Positions 30,177-39,810 of a DNA stretch of 64,000 bases are shown piece by piece. Numbering within the stretch: the stretch's first letter is position 1; each line of letters opens with the position of its first letter. The translations under genes and the position numbers were made by a program. The DNA comes from an uncultured Nitrospiraceae bacterium. GTDB taxonomy: Bacteria; Nitrospirota; Thermodesulfovibrionia; Thermodesulfovibrionales; SM23-35. A model generated the notes under the pieces. That model was given only the letters and a program-made list of their open reading frames with translations, was not told the origin of the DNA and did no database searches. The stretch lies in contig CAVSHB010000003.1 in NCBI GenBank assembly GCA_963727775.1, forward strand, positions 526,002 to 590,001, in the 5' to 3' direction.

Positions 30177-32582
30177 ATGGGAACGAGCAAATATAATTTA
30201 GAGCAGCTTGGATGGTTCAACTTTGAGCAGCTTGTCTGCACCCTGTTGCGGCAAATAGTTGGCAATGGAATGTCAACTTTCAGCGGGTCAGTCGACGGAG
30301 GGCGCGATGCCACATTCATTGGCAAAGCCACTTCATATCCTAGTGAGACTGATTGTTGGAATGGGGAGTGGATATTTCAGGTAAAGCACCGTACATACAG
30401 CACCCGCGGGGCAAGTGCAGTCCGAGCAGAACTCAAGAAGGTTCTACCTGCCGAAATTACGCGTATCATCGAGAAACATGACTATGACTGCGACAACTAT
30501 GTAGCGATAACCAACTGCCCGCTCACGGCTCAAGACAAAGACGAAATACGAGAACTGATTTGGGCTGTTGATAACGATCTGAAGAACGTTGCAGTCCTGG
30601 GTGAATCGGACTTGCAGGAGTTGCTCGATTGTCATCCACGCGTCGTGTCTGCATTCCCGCAGATTCTTGGGCTGAGCCAATTACGCGAACTGGTTGAATG
30701 GGGTCTGCACCGTCGCTCACTTGAGTATCTGCTTGCGGCGCAGGCGGAGATAGCAACATTTGTTGCGACAAACCCGTATCTCAGCGCGATTGATCTATTG
30801 CACAAGCAGCACTTCTGTGTATTGTCAGGTCCTCCCAAGATGGGAAAAACATGCACCGCTTACGCTCTTGCAGCGTCGTTTGCGGCACTGTCCTATGAGG
30901 TATATGACTTACGAAATCAGCGCGACTTCTATGCCGCATATCAAGATAACGCAAAGCAACTGTTCATATGTGATGATGTCTTCGGGGATATTGCCCTACA
31001 ATCAACGCAAAGAGACGATTGGACAAGGGGCTTCCTTCGACTCTTGGGAAGCCTTGACCGTGACCATAAACTGGTGTGGACCGCACGTGAGTATATACTC
31101 AAGGAGGCTCTTTCATCATCACGTCTCAAGGAAGAGCGCCCAGCTCTCGTGAGAACAGACACAGTGACTGTTGCCGTCGATCGCCTCTCGCGATTGGAAA
31201 AGGCCATGATCCTTTACAACCATGCACGGGTGGCAAATCTTCCTTCAGATGTACGCGAATTCCTTCGCGGGAAAGCATGCCTCTCTATTACGGATCATCC
31301 CAACTACTCGCCTGAATCGATCAGGCAGTTGTGTACAGGTCGTCTTGTATCATTTTCTGAGTCCTCCGGTGGCGACCAAAAAACGCTCGCGAGTCAAGTC
31401 GCTGCATTTCTCTCCTCACCCGGCGATGCATGGAAGGCGGCATATCTTGCTGCAACAGCAGGCGAACGACTTCTTTGCACTGAGGTGATGGCTGCGGGGG
31501 GATCCATTCAAATGTCTCAATTACAGAAGAGGTATGAGAATGCAGTGCTTGGTGCACCGGGGTCATATAACTCCTTTGACACGAGTTTTTCCAATGCTCA
31601 CGGAACGTTCTTGCGCCGAAGAGCCCTTCGACCAGGAGACGATCTTGTTCAGTTCTATCATCCCAGTATGCGTGATCTACTCAGTGAGTTGATTCAAACG
31701 GATAGAGCGACTCGAATTGCGTACTTGAAGCAACTGGCGCTCAAAGAGTTGCCTGCAATTGCTCGGCCCTTGCGTAATACATCTTCTGGAGGATCAGAAG
31801 AGCATCGAATATCCATAACTGACATGGCCGATATTGAGGCACTGCGAGACCACCTGCATGAAGTACTTCTGCCCACGGCTGAGCTCTCGGACGCTCTTGC
31901 TGTTGTCACCGACCTTCATAACACTCTGATCCAAGGTAATGCAGCAACCGTAGGGAGAGCAGTAAGGGAGTCGCCTGACTATGGAAAGATATTCTGGATG
32001 ATTCTCGATTCTGTTGTCCCTTTTGTCTGCTCCCGACAGTTCTGGCAGAGGAATGCGGAGGTCGTATTTAGCCGCTATTGGCGCAGACTGTTTGAAGTTC
32101 TGCGCACTCTACTTCCGCTGGCATCTGTCGCAATAACCCCAGAGTATGTTCCAGAACTTCTTAGGAGATGCAGGGATGAGGGGTCTGTAGACTCTTGGGG
32201 TCTGATAGCAGCAGCACATGCAATTGTGCCAACTGTTGTTGAACAGTGCGTGGATATGCGAGAGCGGGAGACATGCAGGGTTTATCTTGTTGAGACCGTG
32301 AAACAGGCGATCCGTGAATCTGAATCACTGGATCTTGCCTCTGATTACAACGACTCGCAGCAATGGCATGATGAATATCAGTCGATTCCCGATGATTGCG
32401 AGGACTACGCCGGTCTTTTCCCAGATGATGAGGAAATCCCAGAAGTGGATGAATTGGCTCAATTGATCGAAGAGTATCCTCGTCTCGAAGATCAATCGGA
32501 TGAAGAACAAGACTACACTTCGTTGCGATCTTCCTCAACGTCATCAGATGGCGACATTCAACAGATATTCTCAGATCTGTAG
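30177..32582 (+). CDS. Mrr-like nuclease fused to a STAND-like (nSTAND3-type) NTPase; defence candidate
   Basis: FEQL..DGGRDA..FQVKH nuclease motif; Walker A GPPKMGKT; Walker B FICDDVFG; TAREYI. Confidence 0.72.
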   Translation: MGTSKYNLEQLGWFNFEQLVCTLLRQIVGNGMSTFSGSVDGGRDATFIGKATSYPSETDCWNGEWIFQVKHRTYSTRGASAVRAELKKVLPAEITRIIEKHDYDCDNYVAITNCPLTAQDKDEIRELIWAVDNDLKNVAVLGESDLQELLDCHPRVVSAFPQILGLSQLRELVEWGLHRRSLEYLLAAQAEIATFVATNPYLSAIDLLHKQHFCVLSGPPKMGKTCTAYALAASFAALSYEVYDLRNQRDFYAAYQDNAKQLFICDDVFGDIALQSTQRDDWTRGFLRLLGSLDRDHKLVWTAREYILKEALSSSRLKEERPALVRTDTVTVAVDRLSRLEKAMILYNHARVANLPSDVREFLRGKACLSITDHPNYSPESIRQLCTGRLVSFSESSGGDQKTLASQVAAFLSSPGDAWKAAYLAATAGERLLCTEVMAAGGSIQMSQLQKRYENAVLGAPGSYNSFDTSFSNAHGTFLRRRALRPGDDLVQFYHPSMRDLLSELIQTDRATRIAYLKQLALKELPAIARPLRNTSSGGSEEHRISITDMADIEALRDHLHEVLLPTAELSDALAVVTDLHNTLIQGNAATVGRAVRESPDYGKIFWMILDSVVPFVCSRQFWQRNAEVVFSRYWRRLFEVLRTLLPLASVAITPEYVPELLRRCRDEGSVDSWGLIAAAHAIVPTVVEQCVDMRERETCRVYLVETVKQAIRESESLDLASDYNDSQQWHDEYQSIPDDCEDYAGLFPDDEEIPEVDELAQLIEEYPRLEDQSDEEQDYTSLRSSSTSSDGDIQQIFSDL

Positions 32583-32985
32583 TTCCTATAAATAATGTAA
32601 GGTAACCGAAAGAATGGTGTCGGGGTAAGAGTTGTTCGGATGTTACGCCCTGGTGGGTATAAGTAGTCTGTTTCTTGAATCGTAACGAATGCGCATAGAT
32701 TGGGGCGCGGTCAATTCTTGTTTGTACTCCGCAGATTGGCAAGTCTTTTCAGAAGTCTCAGTTACTGTGAGAAATTTTTTTTGTTCAGTCCACCTGAAAC
32801 TCCGCAGCTGCGAGAAAACAAAAAAATAGAAAAGTTCTCCCCGAAACACGCAGCATGCAATTTCTGGAATCAGAGTGTCCTATTCATCGAACGCAGTCGC
32901 CAACTCCCGTCGGAGTGTGAGGGTTTCTTTGCAAAATTGATAAACTGAAGATCATCAGACTTTCCAAAGTCGCAACACAAAAGAC

Positions 32986-34329
32986 TCATTTCCCTCTCAT
33001 TCTGCTTATCAGTTTGGCTATTCCGCCGATAAGGCTTTTTGGCCTGAGTTTAACCTCTATCGCATCGATATCTTCCATGACGCCGTCTCTGTCCACGATG
33101 AAAGAGGCTGATTTTGCAATGGACAATACCTGGCTGGGATAGACACTTCTATGTCCCGTCATCAGAAAGCTTATGACACACGCTATTGCCGCATAAGGAG
33201 CCACCTGAGCTCCGAAAAGCTCCACAGCCATTAAACTTGCAGAAATCGGCGTATTCGCTGCACCTGCGAGGAGACTGACCATTCCTATTGCAGAAAATAT
33301 GTTTGGATCAAGCCCGAAGATCCTGCCAAAGAAGCTGCCGGAAGTAGATCCTATAAAAAAGATAGGCGTCACTATGCCACCGCTTCCGCCGAAATTAAGG
33401 GTAATCGAAGTAAATACCATTTTATAGAGGAAGGCTAACGCGGGAACCTCTCGACCTTCAAGGGCGCCTTTAATTGTATCCAGTCCAAGGCCTAAGTATT
33501 GTGGAGACAGCAGAAACGTCAGCAATACAAGGACACCACCTCCCAATATTCCCTTATATGGCATCCATATTTTTATTCTCCTGCTCAGATTCATAGAATA
33601 CTTCAAAATTTCAATGAACAGGAAAGAATAGAGTCCGAAAAATATGCCGCTTAAGCACACCTTAATAAAGAAAAGGCTACTAAAGACAGGGACAAAGTTT
33701 AGTTGGTGGTAGAAATAAGTTATTCCCAAACCGGAAGAAACTTGATAGCCCACAATACCTGCAACAAATGCTGGGAGTAGCACTTCGTACATCAAGCCGC
33801 CAACAAAGAGTACTTCAACGCCGAAAATGGCACCTGCGATAGGTGTCCCGAATACAGTGGCAAAACCCGCACTGATGCCGCATATAACCAGCTTCTTGCG
33901 GTCTCTGTTCCCAAACCTGAACAGGTCAGCAAATGCCGATGCAAGCCCTGCGCCTATTTGTGCACAAGGACCCTCCTTCCCTGCGGACCCACCAAGTGCA
34001 ATTGTTATAATCGTCGCTATAAGCTTTATCGGGACAACAAGCGGATTTATTTTCCCGGAACGTTTATGTACCGCTTCTATTACTTTTTCCGTACCATGTC
34101 CTTCTGCTTCGGGGGCAAGATATTTTACAATTAGACTGCTAAGGAATAACGCTGCTGGAAGCAAGATAAAATAAAATTTATAGCCGCTCGTAAATGTTAT
34201 ACCGAGACCTAATAGTTTCAGAAATATTGCTGTTGATAAGCCAACAATAACCCCTATACACGACGCCAGGATTACCCACTTGCTGACGCTGATAAATAGT
34301 ATCGAACCTTCTATAACTCTTCTTTTCAT
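32986..34329 (-). CDS. CLC-family chloride channel/transporter
   Basis: GHGTE, GSAGKEGP, FGTPIAG and GGIVTP motifs; many TM helices. Confidence 0.9.
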   Translation of the reverse strand: MKRRVIEGSILFISVSKWVILASCIGVIVGLSTAIFLKLLGLGITFTSGYKFYFILLPAALFLSSLIVKYLAPEAEGHGTEKVIEAVHKRSGKINPLVVPIKLIATIITIALGGSAGKEGPCAQIGAGLASAFADLFRFGNRDRKKLVICGISAGFATVFGTPIAGAIFGVEVLFVGGLMYEVLLPAFVAGIVGYQVSSGLGITYFYHQLNFVPVFSSLFFIKVCLSGIFFGLYSFLFIEILKYSMNLSRRIKIWMPYKGILGGGVLVLLTFLLSPQYLGLGLDTIKGALEGREVPALAFLYKMVFTSITLNFGGSGGIVTPIFFIGSTSGSFFGRIFGLDPNIFSAIGMVSLLAGAANTPISASLMAVELFGAQVAPYAAIACVISFLMTGHRSVYPSQVLSIAKSASFIVDRDGVMEDIDAIEVKLRPKSLIGGIAKLISRMRGK

Positions 34330-34719
34330 TTAGTACAATTTCTGTCAAACATTATATCTTGCAGTTTGCATTTCCTCGCCGCATTAGATTGTTTGCGCAC
34401 ACTTCCCTATGTGTAAAATTACTTTAATAATAATTTGTGAAAAGCACATTTCTACAGTATAGTTCTGTTAACCAAACTATTTTGACATTATTTTCGAGAT
34501 AATAGCATAAATATAGTGACTTCCATTTTGTTCCATGCGCACTCTTAACAAAGAGCTTGCCTCATTAACCCTTGTTAGACATCAGCTGGCCATATTTCCA
34601 TTAGATAGGGCATCTTTCCTTGCTTGTGAAGCTTTCTGTTACCGAGGTTTCCATTAATTTCAAGAAGTTACATATTGGTACCCTTCTTGCTGTTGGAAAT
34701 GCCGAAGGGGGGTGAAAAA

Positions 34720-34895
34720 ATGGCAAGAATATTACGTTGCTCTGACATGGGAGTTAAATGCGACTGGGTCAGTCGTGCAGCAACAGACGATGAGCTTTTA
34801 AGTTAGCAACAAAACATGCTGCGGATGTACACGGGATGAAAGAGATTCCAAAGGAGGTATGGGCTAAAGCGAAGGCAGTTATTAAAGATGAATAG
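34720..34895 (+). pseudogene. DUF1059-like small metal-binding protein, frameshifted (not in ORF track)
   Basis: MARILRCSDMGVKCDW..DELL, then in the shifted frame ATKHAADVHGMKEIP..KAVIKDE. Confidence 0.65.
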
Positions 34896-35074
34896 AGACA
34901 ATGGGGAGAGAATCAATTAAGTGATATCTAGCATCAGAAGTAGATAAAAGTGCAAAGGAGCGCTTGCTGCAGCAGTAAAAAAGGTTTGGCTTTGAGAAAA
35001 CTTTGAGTGGGTTGAAATTCAAACATTTAGGGTCTTGTAAACAACTTAAATTATTCAGTCAAAGGAGATTTAGT

Positions 35075-35569
35075 ATGAAAAAAGCATTTTTATTGATTGC
35101 GATTACCATGTTCCTGACTTTCTCGTTAGCAATTAACTTTGCCCAGGCCGCAGACCAGATGATGGAAAAAGGCGGCATGATGAAAGATGGCATGATGGGT
35201 AAAGACATGATGATGGAAAAAGGACAGATGATGATGGACAAAGGCAAGATGATGATGGACAAGGGCAGTATGATGAAAGACGGCAAGATGGATAAGGATG
35301 CGATGATGAAGCAAGGCGAAATGATGATGGAAGATGGCGAAATGATGACGAAGGAAAGCGGCATGATGATGGAAAACAAGAAAATGAAGCGGCACGGAAA
35401 GATGATGAAGAAGAGCGGGGACATGATGATGAAAGACGGAACTATGATGAAGGAAGGCAAGATGGATAAGAATATGATGATGAAAGAAGGTGGCATGATG
35501 ATGAAACAAGGCGAGATGATGATGAAGCAAGGCCAGAAGATGATGGATAAAGCCCAAAAGATGAAATAA
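35075..35569 (+). CDS. Exported methionine-rich repeat protein
   Basis: Signal peptide (..FAQA); mature part roughly one-third Met in MMMxKGx-type repeats; AAGGAG RBS. Confidence 0.88.
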   Translation: MKKAFLLIAITMFLTFSLAINFAQAADQMMEKGGMMKDGMMGKDMMMEKGQMMMDKGKMMMDKGSMMKDGKMDKDAMMKQGEMMMEDGEMMTKESGMMMENKKMKRHGKMMKKSGDMMMKDGTMMKEGKMDKNMMMKEGGMMMKQGEMMMKQGQKMMDKAQKMK

Positions 35570-35788
35570 GCTCGTGATTAAGTCTCTGAAGAAATATTAA
35601 AAGATTTCAATAGAGCAGGTTCTGATTTCGGGTACCCGAACCCCACTCACTCAAAGCAGGAGAGGGAGAGACTGGACAAAGTCCTCCCCTCCAAATATTA
35701 TTCCGGCCATATTGACTAAATTGAATTATATGAGAAAATTATATCATGAGGGGCTAATTATTAGGAATGTTGATCTTCATTTATTTAT

Positions 35789-35972
35789 AAGCAAAACCAC
35801 TGACAATGTCAGTGGTGGGGCGTGGGGGCGAAGGCTCCACACCTTTGGCGAACCGACGAGGTCGGTGAGCCTAATATGGAATTAATGACAACTCCTTAAT
35901 CAGGCGAGGCGGAGGACATTGTCCGTAGTCTCGCCGCACTGCAAGCCACCGACAAGGTCGGTGGTAGTTGAC
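35789..35972 (+). mobile_element. 184-bp non-autonomous IS200/IS605-type element, copy 1
   Basis: Subterminal hairpins ACCACTGAC-AAT-GTCAGTGGT and CCACCGAC-AAG-GTCGGTGG; ends GGTAGTTGAC; follows TTTAT; identical to 46378-46561. Confidence 0.8.
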
Positions 35973-36012
35973 TACTTATGACACTCAAAAGGAAAAATAA
36001 AGGAGGTATCAA

Positions 36013-36570
36013 ATGAAATACTCGACCTTATTACGAGCGCTCTTGCTTTCCGGACTCATTACCGGTGGTATCGTCTTTTCAGGCTGCATAGGAAAGTCGG
36101 ATGGGGCTCACAGCGTATCAGCGCCGGGTCCGATCAAGGTCTATTCTGCAGAAAAAGGGGGCTACGTCATGAGCGAAACTGATAATAAGAGCAATGAAGA
36201 ATGGAAAAAACTGCTGACACCCGAACAGTATCACATCCTGCGGGAAAAGGGAACCGAGCGGGCATTTTCCGGAAAATACGCAGACTTCCACGAGCATGGT
36301 ATTTATCGTTGCGCGGCCTGCGAGCTAGACCTGTTCAGGTCGGAAGACAAATTTGAGTCCGGTACCGGATGGCCAAGCTTCACGGCACCTATCGCCGCGG
36401 AGAACATTATCACCAAACCGGACAATACTCTTTTCAGTCATCGTACAGAAGTACTTTGCCATCGCTGCGGCAGCCATCTCGGCCATGTTTTTGACGATGG
36501 TCCCAAACCGACAGGGCTGCGCTACTGCATGAATTCGGCTGCCCTGCAATTCGTGGCAACCAAGAAATGA
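36013..36570 (+). CDS. msrB: Peptide-methionine (R)-S-oxide reductase, with lipoprotein-like signal
   Basis: [26 protein letters not shown] and RYCMNS motifs; FSGC lipobox-like. Confidence 0.96.
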   Translation: MKYSTLLRALLLSGLITGGIVFSGCIGKSDGAHSVSAPGPIKVYSAEKGGYVMSETDNKSNEEWKKLLTPEQYHILREKGTERAFSGKYADFHEHGIYRCAACELDLFRSEDKFESGTGWPSFTAPIAAENIITKPDNTLFSHRTEVLCHRCGSHLGHVFDDGPKPTGLRYCMNSAALQFVATKK

Positions 36571-36594
36571 TTCATCTGTCAGAGAGGAGGCATA

Positions 36595-37203
36595 ATGAAA
36601 ATGCTAATTACAGCGATGTTGGGACTTTCAGTCATCCTCATCGCAACTACCACAGTCATGGCTGCACCTAATCTTAAAAAGGCAACTTTTGCGGGAGGTT
36701 GCTTCTGGTGTATGGAGCACCCCTTCGATGAGATTCCCGGCGTGGTTTCGGTAACATCCGGCTACACTGGCGGGCAGAAAAAGAACCCTACCTACGAAGA
36801 GGTTTCGGCCGGAGGAACGGGGCACGCCGAGTCGGTCCAGGTCGTCTATGACCCGGAACGCGTCAGTTATGAGAAGCTCCTAAATGTCTTTTGGCACAAC
36901 ATCGACCCGACCGCTAAGGACCGGCAGTTCTGTGATTCCGGGCATCAGTATCGAAGTGCTATTTTTTATCATTCTGAGGAACAGCACGAGCAGGCTCTGC
37001 AGTCGAAGGCACTATTGGAAAAGAACAAGCCCTTCAAAGAACCAATCGTAACCGAGATTGTTCAGGCCACCGAGTTCTACCCGGCAGAGGATTACCACCA
37101 ACACTATTACAAGAAGAACCCGATCCGATACAAATACTACCGTTTTAGATGTGGTCGTGACCAAAGACTTAAGGAGCTGTGGGGCAATGCTGCAGGGCAT
37201 TGA
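36595..37203 (+). CDS. msrA: Peptide-methionine (S)-S-oxide reductase, with signal peptide
   Basis: FAGGCFWC, GHAESVQV.YDP and AEDYHQ motifs. Confidence 0.96.
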   Translation: MKMLITAMLGLSVILIATTTVMAAPNLKKATFAGGCFWCMEHPFDEIPGVVSVTSGYTGGQKKNPTYEEVSAGGTGHAESVQVVYDPERVSYEKLLNVFWHNIDPTAKDRQFCDSGHQYRSAIFYHSEEQHEQALQSKALLEKNKPFKEPIVTEIVQATEFYPAEDYHQHYYKKNPIRYKYYRFRCGRDQRLKELWGNAAGH

Positions 37204-37217
37204 TGGGATAGAATGAT

Positions 37218-37517
37218 ATGAAGAACCGAGTAACTCAGTCTTTGACTCTTTTTGTTTTGATGCTGTTTCTCTTTTCAGGTTATGGGGTTTCTCTCGCACA
37301 AGATGCTAAAACATCCGAGGTTATGTTCTATGTGAAATGATTTGACGTTGGCAAGGAGGCCCTGGAAGGGCTGAAGGGAGTGAAGAGAGTTGAAAAAGGC
37401 TTTCGCAACTTTAAAGAGATAAATACTGTTTATTATGATCCAGCAGTGATTACGATTGAAGAAATGGAAATAGCCTTAAAGAAGGCAACTACTTACCTGG
37501 AACAGTTAAGTAGTTAA
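37218..37517 (+). CDS. Putative exported selenoprotein (99 aa, TGA at codon 41), MsrA/HMA-like fold; not in ORF track
   Basis: Signal peptide, then EVMFYVK-U-FDVGKEALEGLKGVKRVEKGF..VYYDPAVITIEEME; SECIS-like hairpin at 37359-37371. Confidence 0.72.
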
Positions 37518-37559
37518 TAACGTAACTGTTCTCAATACAGGGTTAAATTCGCTCATATC

Positions 37560-37705
37560 CGTGAACTTTACCGACTTGTCATGAGGAACAATAAGAGAGA
37601 CCATGCCGCGCTCGACCAGTTCCTCCAGAGCACTGAGCACCGGCATCTGCTTCTGATCCTTCGCGATGTCGAGCCAAACGCAGGTGTCGACAAGTATTTT
37701 AAATA
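37560..37705 (-). pseudogene. N-terminal fragment of a PIN-like protein
   Basis: FKILVDTCVWLDIAK..LEELV..SLIVP, then truncated. Confidence 0.55.
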
Positions 37706-38036
37706 TGCTATTTAGTCCAAGATGCCTGAAGTACCTTGCGGCGACATGCCTGCCCCGGGGCCAACAAATGTATCATTTTGCTCATCTTCAGAATATTATC
37801 ATATCAAGTCCTTTTTTATAAAACTGTAGTTCTTTTTTCGCCCCAGTCATGACTTCCGCTTGCACCCCTCATACAGGCCAGGATGCAATGCGCTGATGAC
37901 AACTCTGAGGAGGTCGCAGTGCGATGACCACTTCCACCTGAAAACCCGCATCGTGGACATCGTGCCAAATATGTTGGGTTCCGAAAATAACTGTTACCAC
38001 AGTCCCAAACCCTTTGCTTGAACTGAAAATGGCGTT

Positions 38037-38909
38037 TCATAGCTTGAGACGCTCATGCTCCGCCAACAAATATCCTATGTAGCTTCGAATGAGGTTGCAG
38101 AAAAGGCGAGCTTCACTCGGTCCAATCGGAATTCCTTCGTTCAGATCTATCCCGTGTCGAATGCCTCCACCAGTTGGGGAGGATAGGAATCCATGCAAAC
38201 TCGTTACCCACTCAATAACGCGCTCCAAGGTGGAGCCTTTTGCCACTCGCTTCAGGTCTCTCACGATGTCGTTGAAATACTTGCCCCCTACTGCTTCACC
38301 ATCCAGCTCGATGCCACGGAAAGCGGTCGTCAATGATTCGAGCACCCAAAGGGATTCCTGAACGGCTTCACGATGGCGGCCCTCTGTCAGTAACCGCTCT
38401 GAACGCTCAAGGGACTGCTGAAAGATTTCGAGAGCCTGCTCGGCTATAGTCGGAGGCCGCTCAACGACTGGCACCGGTGTAGTTGTAATAGCTGAAGTCG
38501 ACTCACGAAGCAGCAGCACTGGTGGATTCAACTCGTAGCCTATCTCGTGCTTCCGACAAACGCTGTTGATCATTGCGACATCCGGAGCAAAGAGGTCTCT
38601 CTGTCGGAGTTCTTCGCAAGCATCGTAGAAGGCCTCAAGAAAGAGAGGTGCATTCTCTGCTGCCTGTGACATCGCGGACGACAGATCACTCTCTGCCCAG
38701 CCTTCGCTTGAGCTTCTAAAGTGGGTCTGGCCCGCCGATCTGGAGAAGGCCCCTTTGAAATGCTCAAGCATATACCAACGATTCCCTTGGGTCGTGACCT
38801 TCCGAATAAGTGAATCGAAGTCCCGGATGGCCTCGGGAGGAATTGCCTTATTCTTGTATCTGCCGTTCGGTGGTGGTTCGAATCGCCATGAAGGATCAAA
38901 TTTCAACAT
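38037..38909 (-). CDS. AbiJ-like protein with C-terminal HEPN-like region; defence candidate
   Basis: AVQESLWVLES..LHGFLS..GGGIRHG..EARLF pattern. Confidence 0.6.
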   Translation of the reverse strand: MLKFDPSWRFEPPPNGRYKNKAIPPEAIRDFDSLIRKVTTQGNRWYMLEHFKGAFSRSAGQTHFRSSSEGWAESDLSSAMSQAAENAPLFLEAFYDACEELRQRDLFAPDVAMINSVCRKHEIGYELNPPVLLLRESTSAITTTPVPVVERPPTIAEQALEIFQQSLERSERLLTEGRHREAVQESLWVLESLTTAFRGIELDGEAVGGKYFNDIVRDLKRVAKGSTLERVIEWVTSLHGFLSSPTGGGIRHGIDLNEGIPIGPSEARLFCNLIRSYIGYLLAEHERLKL

Positions 38910-38939
38910 AAGCTATCTCCAACATTATAGTCCACAGTC

Positions 38940-39031
38940 GGCGAACGATTGGCATCAGTGGCGCCAGCACTCCACCAGCAAAACAGAACCACGCTGATCG
39001 GCGTCCCATGCATACCGAAGTTAGAACGCAA
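38940..39031 (-). other. Integron attC-like recombination site
   Basis: Minus strand reads TTCTAAC..imperfect palindrome..GTTCGCC. Its first 12 nt complement GTTAGAACGCAA found at the start of the upstream gene. Confidence 0.72.
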
Positions 39032-39036
39032 CTCTC

Positions 39037-39642
39037 TCATTTCGAGGAATCTTGACTGTAATTCTTCATTTCTTCCAGCAGTTCGGACGCGATATCTGTT
39101 CGCCCCGCGATGAAGGCCACCTCTGCTGTTGATAGGAGCCCAATCGCGCCAGCAAAGGTAATGGTCTCGCCGATCTCCTCAGCCGTGTAGTTCGGGGTAA
39201 TGGAATCAACTGTAATGCGCCGGATGATTTGTAGCGCTCCACCATGAGTGAAATCATTCATCGCAGACCACGAGTTCTTTTTGACCTGAGCGAGCACGCC
39301 AATGTTGTACCCTTCGTGACCCTCAATATCTTCTACCAGTTCGGCAAAGGTCTTATCAATCTTGCCCTTCTGAAATTCTTTCAGTTCCGACTCGGACGCG
39401 CACTTCCCTAACCAAATTCCCCGGACATAGATCTCGAAGAGAGGACGGACGAGAGCCATCGCTGACCCGAACAGATTGCGGCGAATCAAGTGAACGATGG
39501 CCTCATGATGCTCAAGAGCCTGATGAAAGCAAGCTGCAGAGATCCGATTTCGGTCAGTAGCGGAGATATCGAGACCCTCAATTCTTTGAGCAAGCCGGGG
39601 AACCAAGGCTTCTGCCGATTTGAGCGATGCTTCACTAATCAT
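39037..39642 (-). CDS. Hypothetical (DUF5677/HEPN-like) protein carried as a gene cassette
   Basis: SAMALVRPLFE..RGIW and NDFTHGG motifs; cassette boundaries present. Confidence 0.65.
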   Translation of the reverse strand: MISEASLKSAEALVPRLAQRIEGLDISATDRNRISAACFHQALEHHEAIVHLIRRNLFGSAMALVRPLFEIYVRGIWLGKCASESELKEFQKGKIDKTFAELVEDIEGHEGYNIGVLAQVKKNSWSAMNDFTHGGALQIIRRITVDSITPNYTAEEIGETITFAGAIGLLSTAEVAFIAGRTDIASELLEEMKNYSQDSSK

Positions 39643-39810
39643 TGCGTTCTAACAAGTAATTATTTTTCTGTTCGAACCTATCCCCGTTCATTGTGCCACT
39701 ATGACTTAGGAAAGGCCAGCTTGTTTTCTTGTTTCAGTTTAAACTCATTTTGGCGTCAGATTTTCAAGAGAACTGTGTGATCTCTCTTGTTTCCTATGGG
39801 TTATCCAATC

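Noticed and set aside
32986..34329. Fluoride-specific CLC-F exporter
   Set aside because: Motifs are GHGTE/GKEGP/GIVTP rather than the CLC-F GNNLI/GREGT/GEVTP, and no fluoride riboswitch was recognised.
35059..35557. His-rich and Ile-rich ORFs on the minus strand
   Set aside because: Antisense shadows of the ATG-rich Met-repeat gene, which has the RBS and signal peptide.
35150..35560. Periodic repeats as a possible CRISPR or non-coding tandem array
   Set aside because: They are coding repeats with no constant repeat/unique spacer pattern, and no cas genes were seen.
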